From: Caedimonas varicaedens | GTDB taxonomy: Bacteria > Pseudomonadota > Alphaproteobacteria > Caedimonadales > Caedimonadaceae | Reading direction: 5' to 3' | DNA length: 8,619 nucleotides | Assembly: GCA_001192655.1 (NCBI GenBank) | Contig: BBVC01000090.1 | Span: forward strand, 1-8,619 | Part shown: piece after piece, positions 1 through 5,766 of the stretch | How the letters are laid out: every line of letters starts with the position of its first letter | How positions within the stretch are numbered: position 1 is the first letter of the stretch | Made by a program: the position numbers and the translations under genes | Notes under the pieces: generated by a model | What the model saw: only the letters and a program-made list of their open reading frames with translations | Told to the model about the DNA's origin: nothing | Databases searched by the model: none

Positions 1-2
1 CA

Positions 3-137
3 GGGCATATCGTGCTGTATCTGCCTCCTTATTCTCCAGACTTTAATCCCATCGAGCATAAATGGGCACAAGCAAAAGCAATTAGACGCAAAAAAAGGTG
101 TTCTATCGAGCAATTATTTCAGGATAATAAAATATGA
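3..137 (+). CDS. IS630-family DDE transposase, C-terminal 44 codons plus stop (5'-partial at window edge)
   Basis: Direct translation gives the YLPPYSPDFNPIE motif followed by a basic tail. The frame is open from the window edge and ends at TGA 135-137. Confidence 0.85.
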   Translation, partial: GHIVLYLPPYSPDFNPIEHKWAQAKAIRRKKRCSIEQLFQDNKI

Positions 138-145
138 CCGTTTTA

Positions 146-161
146 TATGTTGTTAGCTATA
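146..161. repeat. IS terminal inverted repeat TATGTTGTTAGCTATA (right end)
   Basis: Exact 16/16 reverse-complement match to 8604-8619 (TATAGCTAACAACATA). Similarity stops exactly at 161 and 8604: the flanks CCTGACGG and the reverse complement of CCCCAAA are unrelated. Confidence 0.85.
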
Positions 162-3100
162 CCTGACGGTGAGAGCACTACCGCAGCCTTAGATATCACT
201 TTCACTGATGACCAGGGACACACAGAGACCAAAACACTCCTCTTTAATATTACAGGCGCTGAAGATGCTCCTCTGGCTCAGGATGTGTCGCTTGTTTCTG
301 TCACAAAAGATGATTCTGTGCAATCTATGAGCCTTATCCCCTTAATGCAGGCCTCGGACGTTGACGCGGGCGATATCGTTCAGGTCCAGAGCGTTGTTCT
401 GGCTGACGGAAGCTCTCCTTTTGTCTTTACCCTTACAGATGGTAATCTTGTTTATGATCCCCATCAGTTTGCTGACTTATTCACAGGAGAAAGCACGCAT
501 CCTACTCTGAATGTCACTTTCGAAGATGCGAGCGGCGAAACGGTGACTAAAACTCTGACGCTGAATATTACAGGACTTAATGAGGCATTGCCCATCGTCA
601 CGCAAAATGACCCTGTTCAAACCCTGGATCTGTCAACTCTTATGCAGGCTGCAGGCGTTCACCTGGGTGCTGGCGCTCATATCGAGAGCGCGTTTCAAGG
701 CGACGGCAGTGTTTTCTTTTTATTCAACTACACGGATAACACGCTTTCCTATAACCCACAGCAATTTGTGAGGTTGGAAGATGGAGAAACAGCGACTCCG
801 TCAGCGCTTATTACCTTTGCGGACGATAGCGGAACAGAGGTGACCAAAACGCTCAACTTCACGATTACAGGCCTTAATGACGCTCCGTTTGCAGCATCCC
901 AGACCTATTATAATCCAGGCGGTGGCGGCATTAAAACTATAGACCTGAACAGCTTTTTGTTTGCGCAGGATATTGATAACGGTGATTCCGTGCATATACA
1001 GAAGGTTGTCCTCTCACCTGGAAGCGTCCCCTTTAGCTTTTTCGTGAGTTCAGATGGCATCTTTACCTGTGATACCAACCAATTCAACAGCGCTCCATTT
1101 TCCATTTTTGGTCGTCTCGCTCCTTCTGTGGACGTTACCTTCGAAGATACTCACGGCGCAACCACAACAAAAACTTTCACTTTTGATGTACGAGGGGTAG
1201 ACCTTCCGCCTGTCCCCCATGACGATACGTATACGCTTACGGAAAATACAAGCCTTTTTGTCCCAGCACCAGGCGTTTTAGGCAATGATGACCATTCATA
1301 TCTTACCGTCCTTGATACGGGTTTGCCTGCCGGCAGCCACAGCGCTTTTTCTTTCTTCGGCGATGGCAGAATTTTTTATACTCCTGAAAGCAGCTTCAGC
1401 GCTCATACGCCGTCTATCGTGTATCAAGGCAAAACATTCTTTCTGGATGGCCCCGGTTTTACAGGCACGGAGAGCTTCACCTATAAAACCTGGGATGTGA
1501 ACACTGAACATACGTCTAATACCTCTGCAACGGTGACTTTTATTGTCAAGCCGGCGCCTGTGGTGCATGATGACTCCTATGCGCTCTCTTTCTTTCCTTC
1601 CATCCTTGCTACCGGTCCGGGCGTTTTACTCAATGATGCAAACAACGCAGCCTATCCCGTTCTTATAGATAATGTAAAGCATGGCACCCTTAACCTTTTT
1701 ACTGACCCTACCAGTCTGGGCGGTTTTAGCTATGTGGCTGATCCAGGATTTATCGGCATCGACAGCTTTACCTATCGCGCCATTAACTCTGATTTCACGG
1801 CCATTTCTACAAACGTGGCCACCGTCACTCTGGATGTTCAGGTCAACACGCCGCTCCCCAATTTGCTTCCGACGGCTTTTGAAGATAATTTATCCGTGAT
1901 GGCAGGTGCTGCAACCGGCAATGTCCTCGCCAATGACAGCGATCCGGAAGGAGCCACCCTGCATCTTGTCGCAGTGGGAACTCATAACCTGGTCAGCGGC
2001 TCGCTGCTATTCACAGACAGCAATGGCACTTTAGGAGCCAATAGCAACGGAGATATCACCTTTACGCCCTCTAATAATTTCTATACGACACATACTTTTC
2101 CCGGAGGGCACGAACAAATATCCTATTCATACGTGGTAACAGACGGAATTGGCAATACGACTTCTCAATTGCATATAGACGTTCCCAGCCCAGCGCCGAG
2201 CTTGATTTCGCCCATTCCGGACCAGTCTATTTTAAAGCATGCCTTATCCGTCGTGACCTATGATGTGAGTTCTTTTTTTACATCCATGCAGCCCCTCACC
2301 TACTCTGCTACATATCAAGGGTCTTCTACTTTACCTGCAGGAATCACTTTTAATCAAAGTACAGGGGTATTTACGGAAACTGTTCCTTACGTTAACCAAG
2401 GGAGTTTTGACCCTAACTACACCATCCATGTGTCTGCCACAAATACTCTGGGGCAATCCGTTAGTGATGATTTCAAAATCCTTTTTGCGACGAATAATGC
2501 TTCTCCTCTCGTCCCTTTCAACACTCAAAGCGCTTTTACGTTTAATGCGGGACAGAATATCAGTATAAATAACGCTCCCCGGTTTACGGATTCCGACGGA
2601 GACCCGCTTACGTATGCCTCTTCTAACCTTCCTGGCTCTTTGACGCTCGATTCCCATACGGGTGTTCTCTCGGGTCCAGGGCTTTCCGGAGGGTTATACG
2701 TTTATTCGATCACGGCCACCGATCCGGGCGGATTAAGCGTCACAGCATTTAATTTGATTACGGTCAATGTTCCCAATACCCCACCTGTTCTGGGTCCTAA
2801 TGTATCCGCTTATATTGACAGCTCCCTTACGCATACCCCTTTACATCTGGACCTTCCCACAGATGCAAACAATGATGCCTTAACCTTGGTGGGGCTCACT
2901 CAACCAGTGGCTGATTTTGTGAATCTGGCCGTGCACAAGGGCAATGGCGCCAATATAGCCCTTCCTCAAGATGCAAGCGTTATCAAAGATTTCACTCTGG
3001 ATGGCGGGTCTTTATTTTTCTCTAGCGACAGCAGCTTCACTTACCAGGTATCAGACGGTCATGCCACTGTGGGAAGAACCCTTACTCTCCATGATGTTCT

Positions 3101-4235
3101 TACTTCCGGATCACTTCTTCCTACGTCCGATGCAAGCTTGCATGGAGGAGACGGTGCAAACGGCTCAGATGGAGGAGGAAATGCCGGCAACGCTTCTGTT
3201 ATGCAAGGTAACGCTAACAATCACACTTTAAGCGCCGACGATTCTGCCAACCTTATTTACGGCGCCGCTCAAGAAAATGCACAAAATGGCGGTGCAGCAG
3301 GTAAAGGGGGAGATGGTTATTATAGTACCACCATTTTTGTGACGACCGTTACAGACGGCGGCAACGGCGGCAATGGCGGAAATGGGGGAGATAGCACTTA
3401 TGTGATTCACGCAGGACAAGGAAACGACATCATTTACGGCGGCAACGCTGGATCGGCTGGAGCAGGAGGTACTGCAGGCAGAGGCGGTTTAGATCAGGTG
3501 GCTGCTCATGGTGGACACGGCGGCAATGGCGGCAATGGCGGCAACGCGACCTACACTATTTTTGGTGAGGATGGCAATGATATTATTTATGGAGGAGACG
3601 GAGCGGATGGATTATTCTCCAAACTAGTAGTTACATCAGCCCGTGGCCCACACGGAGAAAATGGAACCGCTGGATTGACGGGATCTAGTAGCTACACAAT
3701 AGATGGTGGAAATGGTGATGATACAATTTATGGAGGGACGCCAGCCTTCTCACACTACTCTATAAAGGGGGGAGATGGTAATGATACGATCCATGTACAA
3801 GACATCCGCAGCCACCCTGATCAGATAGGCGCTTACCATGCGGCTTATGCCCTTCTTTCAGGCGACTCAGGTACCGATACTTTAATTTACGATAGGCCTT
3901 CAGGAGCAAACATTTCAACCAATCTAACCCTTTTCATGAATACAACCTCGAGTATTGAAAACATTGATATAACAGGACAAGGGATTGATAATACATTGGA
4001 AATATCTTCCAGCGCCGTTTTCTCAGCTAATAATAAAACAGTGCAGATTACAGGAGATCAGGGCGATATCGTAGATTTTGGATCGGACATTAGCCATTGG
4101 TCTAGTCAAGCTGCTGATGCAGCGCACCCAGGCTATCAGAAGTTTCATGCTATCTTTAATGATCCGCTGCATGGGTTAAGCGGAGAAGGCTTTGTTTACG
4201 TGGATCCACACGTCACTGTGACAGGTGTAGAATAA
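147..4235 (+). CDS. Large repetitive RTX-type, T1SS-substrate-like adhesin, 5'-truncated by the IS. The apparent ATG and first 5 codons (MLLAI) lie inside the IS inverted repeat, so native coding sequence starts at 162.
   Basis: A 1362-codon ORF is open right through the IS junction. It contains tandem ~100-aa units ending in ITG(L/A)N(D/E)AP, tandem-95-like units (DD-Y-L...GVL-ND...DSFTY...ATVT), He_PIG/dystroglycan-type cadherin-like units (LTYSA...LPAGITFN-STG; DGDPLTY...LPGSLTLDSHTGVLSG), Gly-rich RTX nonapeptides (GGNGDDTIYGG, GGDGNDTIHV) and a C-terminal secretion-target-like domain. Stop is TAA at 4233-4235. Confidence 0.85.
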   Translation: MLLAIPDGESTTAALDITFTDDQGHTETKTLLFNITGAEDAPLAQDVSLVSVTKDDSVQSMSLIPLMQASDVDAGDIVQVQSVVLADGSSPFVFTLTDGNLVYDPHQFADLFTGESTHPTLNVTFEDASGETVTKTLTLNITGLNEALPIVTQNDPVQTLDLSTLMQAAGVHLGAGAHIESAFQGDGSVFFLFNYTDNTLSYNPQQFVRLEDGETATPSALITFADDSGTEVTKTLNFTITGLNDAPFAASQTYYNPGGGGIKTIDLNSFLFAQDIDNGDSVHIQKVVLSPGSVPFSFFVSSDGIFTCDTNQFNSAPFSIFGRLAPSVDVTFEDTHGATTTKTFTFDVRGVDLPPVPHDDTYTLTENTSLFVPAPGVLGNDDHSYLTVLDTGLPAGSHSAFSFFGDGRIFYTPESSFSAHTPSIVYQGKTFFLDGPGFTGTESFTYKTWDVNTEHTSNTSATVTFIVKPAPVVHDDSYALSFFPSILATGPGVLLNDANNAAYPVLIDNVKHGTLNLFTDPTSLGGFSYVADPGFIGIDSFTYRAINSDFTAISTNVATVTLDVQVNTPLPNLLPTAFEDNLSVMAGAATGNVLANDSDPEGATLHLVAVGTHNLVSGSLLFTDSNGTLGANSNGDITFTPSNNFYTTHTFPGGHEQISYSYVVTDGIGNTTSQLHIDVPSPAPSLISPIPDQSILKHALSVVTYDVSSFFTSMQPLTYSATYQGSSTLPAGITFNQSTGVFTETVPYVNQGSFDPNYTIHVSATNTLGQSVSDDFKILFATNNASPLVPFNTQSAFTFNAGQNISINNAPRFTDSDGDPLTYASSNLPGSLTLDSHTGVLSGPGLSGGLYVYSITATDPGGLSVTAFNLITVNVPNTPPVLGPNVSAYIDSSLTHTPLHLDLPTDANNDALTLVGLTQPVADFVNLAVHKGNGANIALPQDASVIKDFTLDGGSLFFSSDSSFTYQVSDGHATVGRTLTLHDVLTSGSLLPTSDASLHGGDGANGSDGGGNAGNASVMQGNANNHTLSADDSANLIYGAAQENAQNGGAAGKGGDGYYSTTIFVTTVTDGGNGGNGGNGGDSTYVIHAGQGNDIIYGGNAGSAGAGGTAGRGGLDQVAAHGGHGGNGGNGGNATYTIFGEDGNDIIYGGDGADGLFSKLVVTSARGPHGENGTAGLTGSSSYTIDGGNGDDTIYGGTPAFSHYSIKGGDGNDTIHVQDIRSHPDQIGAYHAAYALLSGDSGTDTLIYDRPSGANISTNLTLFMNTTSSIENIDITGQGIDNTLEISSSAVFSANNKTVQITGDQGDIVDFGSDISHWSSQAADAAHPGYQKFHAIFNDPLHGLSGEGFVYVDPHVTVTGVE
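162..1211 (+). other. Four tandem ~100-aa cadherin/VCBS-like units (first one partial), each ending in a TKTL-x-(F/L)-x-ITG-x-N(D/E)AP-type motif
   Basis: Unit ends read directly from the translation: TETKTLLFNITGAEDAP (aa 26-42), TVTKTLTLNITGLNEAL (132-148), EVTKTLNFTITGLNDAP (231-247), TTTKTFTFDVRGVDLPP (339-355). Each unit also has an internal block of the form V/I-Q-x-x-x-L, D-x-D-x-GD, then QF. Confidence 0.7.
1212..2186 (+). other. Three tandem-95 / bacterial cadherin-like repeats
   Basis: PHDDTYTLTENTSLFVPAPGVLGNDD...ESFTYKTWD...ATVTFIV; VHDDSYAL...GPGVLLNDAN...DSFTYRAIN...ATVTLDV; AFEDNLSVMAGAATGNVLANDSDPEGATLHLVAV...ISYSYVVTDGIGNTTSQLHIDV. Confidence 0.7.
2199..2771 (+). other. Two putative-Ig (He_PIG) / dystroglycan-type cadherin-like domains
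   Basis: PIPDQSI...LTYSATYQGSSTLPAGITFNQSTGVFTETV...YTIHVSATNTLGQSVSDDFKILF and FTDSDGDPLTYASSNLPGSLTLDSHTGVLSGPG...YVYSITATDPGGLSVTAFNLITVN. Confidence 0.65.
3144..3797 (+). other. Gly/Asn-rich region interleaved with RTX (GGxGxDxUx) calcium-binding nonapeptides
   Basis: GGNGGNGGNGGDSTYVIHAGQGNDIIYGG; GGHGGNGGNGGNATYTIFGEDGNDIIYGGDGADG; SSYTIDGGNGDDTIYGG; YSIKGGDGNDTIHV. At DNA level there are 9-nt GGC-GGC-AAY tandem repeats at 3357-3392 and 3510-3545. Confidence 0.75.
3861..4232 (+). other. C-terminal type I secretion target-like domain
   Basis: GDSGTDTLIYD...SSIENIDITGQGIDNTLEISSSAVFS...VQITGDQGDIVDF...W...GYQKF...FVYVDPHVTV. This fits the pattern G-x-G-x-DTL, I-E-x-IDL/T-G, N-x-L, GD-x-GD-x-V, W, Y, V-x-VD seen at the extreme C-terminus of many RTX adhesins and T1SS substrates. 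Confidence 0.6.
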
Positions 4236-4387
4236 GGAATTAACGTGCTGACGGGCTTCTGGCGCATAAGTGGGGGATTTCCCCCCGTTCATCCAGATCA
4301 AACTGGCAATGAGCTGATAATTATAGTAAAGCGCCTTAACATTTTCATTAATTTGACCCCAACTGCATTTAAGAAATTAAGGTAAGA

Positions 4388-4432
4388 TATTGAGGTATTT
4401 TCCGATAGAATGAGAAAGGAAATACCTCAATA
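4388..4432. repeat. Long inverted repeat / hairpin (13-15 bp stem, 14-nt loop), function unknown
   Basis: TATTGAGGTATTT(T)CC at 4388-4403 pairs with GGAAATACCTCAATA at 4418-4432, with a single bulged T. It lies about 150 nt past the adhesin stop and about 160 nt before the next ORF. Confidence 0.6.
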
Positions 4433-4518
4433 GACCTCTTGCATAACCTTATTTAATGGCTGTATTACCTCTCTTTTCAATAGATTTTAAAAAATAATGG
4501 GTAGTGAGATGAAAAATA

Positions 4519-4547
4519 TTGATTTATCAAAATCTTATATGTATACA
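4519..4547 (+). promoter_or_regulatory. Candidate sigma70-type promoter for the 4590 ORF
   Basis: TTGATT (4519-4524), a 17-nt spacer, then TATACA (4542-4547), about 40 nt upstream of the ATG. The -10 sits inside a near-palindrome CTTATA-TGTATACA-tc-TATAAG (4534-4555). AT-rich DNA produces such matches by chance. Confidence 0.25.
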
Positions 4548-4589
4548 TCTATAAGTTTCTAATGACAGATTTCACTTAAGGGGAACAGC

Positions 4590-4964
4590 ATGCAAAAATT
4601 ATTTTTGACATTTTTTATCTTTTTTAGTCTTTTTTTTACTAATGGCTACTCCATGGAAAAGACAGAAGATTTAGACGAATCGCAACTATTTCTTAATAAG
4701 ATGCTTCCTATCATGTGTATGCTCCAGTGCAAGGGAAAAAATAAAGTAGATGACGAGGAACATGCATCTGAACATCGTGCATCTCTTAAGTTACAAATTG
4801 AAAATGAGCTAAAAGAAGGGAGAAGTATAGTAGGGAATGACCGCATAGAAAAGGATAAATTAATAATACAGCAACCTATTTGGATAAATTTGGACTCTTC
4901 TGGCAAATATTCACTTTTACTTAGCCAAGTCAAAATCCGTAGTCTTTTGGAACTACTGAATTAA
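4590..4964 (+). CDS. Hypothetical small secreted protein (124 aa), no recognised family
   Basis: A strong Shine-Dalgarno AAGGGGA (4578-4584) lies 5 nt before ATG 4590. The N-terminus MQKLFLTFFIFFSLFFTNGYS is a signal-peptide-like hydrophobic segment. The remainder is K/E/D-rich with a CMLQC pair. Very AT-rich codon usage compared with neighbouring genes. Confidence 0.6.
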   Translation: MQKLFLTFFIFFSLFFTNGYSMEKTEDLDESQLFLNKMLPIMCMLQCKGKNKVDDEEHASEHRASLKLQIENELKEGRSIVGNDRIEKDKLIIQQPIWINLDSSGKYSLLLSQVKIRSLLELLN

Positions 4965-5293
4965 TTATGGAAGCTCTAAGGATTTAATTTTTTATATACT
5001 CATCAAAGTTGGAGGTATCTGTCACCATAAAAAGGGTTGAGACCTTTTTATGAGGTAAGCCCGCTGCAAACGCTTTTAGATATTGGAGGCACCCTTCCAA
5101 ATTATACGGAAGTAGAAGATAAAAATTTATCTGTCTTCTATTGCAGAATTTTTTCAGCACTGTTGCAAAAATTTTTATTACATATTTTTACTTGGACTGG
5201 ATAGGTGGAAAAATAGCTCAAATCCTCATGCCAACTTTCCCTAAATAGTATTCAAATCAAATATATTTATCGTACTTGAGTATCCCTTGTTAT

Positions 5294-5358
5294 GGATTGC
5301 TTCGACCTCGCAATGACGGCAGGCAGGGTTCGTCATTGCGAGCAGAGCGAAGCATTGC
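5294..5358. repeat. Palindromic REP/MITE-like element (CGTCATTGCGAG...CGAAGCA type)
   Basis: TCGCAATGACG (5308-5318) pairs perfectly with CGTCATTGCGA (5331-5341) around a 12-nt loop. An outer 6-bp pairing GCTTCG (5299-5304) / CGAAGC (5348-5353) is separated by asymmetric bulges. Read through, it gives the GLLRPRNDG...SLRAERS type pseudo-peptide that often produces spurious ORFs such as 5276-5482. Confidence 0.7.
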
Positions 5359-5587
5359 AGACATTTTTAAGACCATTCGGTATAGAGATCAAAAATTTTG
5401 GAATATGCGCGGTCTAAGGTTAAAACGTTTTCAAGAAGCTATCAGCAAGTCATCAGGGAAAAGGTTAAGATTCTTTTATTAAATTTGGATATTCTTCTTG
5501 GCTTGCCACAGAACAGCTTGATTTTTTATAGAAATTTTAAATTAATTGACACATTTAAGTTTTTAAAGAGAAAAAAATCCTAAAATA

Positions 5588-5677
5588 TGGCGGAGGGAGT
5601 GGGATTCGAACCCACGGTACGTTTGCACGTACAACGGTTTTCGAGACCGCCCCGTTCGACCGCTCCGGCATCCCTCC
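5588..5677 (-). tRNA. tRNA-Ser (anticodon CGA), class II with long variable arm, CCA encoded
   Basis: The reverse complement folds as GGAGGGA-UG-CCG-GAGCGGUCGAA-CGG-G-GCGGU-CUCGAAA-ACCGU-UGUACGUGCAAACGUACC-GUGGG-UUCGAAU-CCCAC-UCCCUCC-G-CCA. That gives a 7-bp acceptor stem, U33 before CGA, an 18-nt variable arm with a 6-bp stem and a GUUCGAAUC T-loop. It is nearly colinear with E. coli tRNA-Ser. Confidence 0.93.
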
Positions 5678-5686
5678 ATCGACCCG

Positions 5687-5715
5687 ACAATAGTGGAACA
5701 GGAAAAAACACACAA
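5687..5715 (-). promoter_or_regulatory. Candidate promoter for tRNA-Ser
   Basis: On the minus strand: TTGTGT (5710-5715), a 17-nt spacer, then TATTGT (5687-5692). The -10 ends 9 nt upstream of the mature tRNA 5' end (5677). Confidence 0.3.
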
Positions 5716-5724
5716 GGAATAAAT

Positions 5725-5744
5725 CTTTCAAAGAGCCTTGAAAG
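5725..5744 (-). terminator. Weak hairpin downstream of ettA (possible terminator/attenuator)
   Basis: CTTTCAA (5725-5731) pairs with TTGAAAG (5738-5744). On the minus-strand transcript a U-run (complement of AAAAAA, 5703-5708) follows about 15 nt later. The stem is short and AT-rich and the U-tract is not adjacent, so this is not a canonical intrinsic terminator. Confidence 0.2.
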
Positions 5745-5766
5745 GCAAGAAACTTCTGCTCTTATA

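Larger units (their letters stand above)
1..161 (+). mobile_element. Right (3') end of an IS630/Tc1-mariner-family insertion sequence; the element continues upstream of the window
   Basis: The frame starting at nt 3 reads GHIVLYLPPYSPDFNPIEHKWAQAKAIRRKKRCSIEQLFQDNKI*. LPPYSPDxNPIE is the hallmark block carrying the catalytic E of the IS630-family DDE triad. The stop at 135-137 is followed 8 nt later by a 16-nt terminus (146-161) that recurs as a perfect reverse complement at 8604-8619. The terminus ends in TA, the IS630 target dinucleotide. Confidence 0.85.

Noticed and set aside
135-137. TGA recoded as a sense codon (genetic code 4), fusing transposase and adhesin
   Set aside because: ettA terminates at a TGA exactly where EttA homologues end, so TGA functions as a stop in this genome.
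580-3419. Nine 63-108-aa ORFs nested in or antisense to the adhesin gene (580-771, 801-995, 908-1105, 1285-1500, 1296-1568, 1681-1899, 2331-2657, 2971-3231, 3228-3419)
   Set aside because: All lie wholly inside a 1362-codon ORF with clear domain content. Their translations are low-complexity or Arg/Cys-rich with no motifs, as expected for off-frame reads of a repetitive gene.
3357-3545. Short tandem GGC-GGC-AAY repeats considered as a CRISPR array or non-coding microsatellite
   Set aside because: They are in frame within the adhesin ORF, encode GGN runs, have 9-nt periodicity and lack spacers, so they are coding repeats and not a CRISPR array.
4272-4286. GGGGG-ATTT-CCCCC(C) hairpin 35 nt after the adhesin stop, considered as an intrinsic terminator
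   Set aside because: The stem is only 5 bp and no U-tract follows on the + strand, so it cannot be supported as a terminator.
5276-5583. ORFs 5276-5482 and 5398-5583 (+) in the AT-rich stretch
   Set aside because: The first is a read-through of the palindromic repeat (GLLRPRNDG...SLRAERS), a known source of false ORFs. Neither has a Shine-Dalgarno, and both have basic low-complexity composition typical of AT-rich non-coding DNA.
4236-5587. att-type direct repeat of the tRNA-Ser 3' end, an integrase, a toxin-antitoxin pair, a retron or another ncRNA in the AT-rich stretch
   Set aside because: I scanned both strands by eye and found no copy of the GGGATTCGAACCC core, no reverse transcriptase or integrase frame, no paired small ORFs with RBSs, and no GC-rich structured RNA signature.
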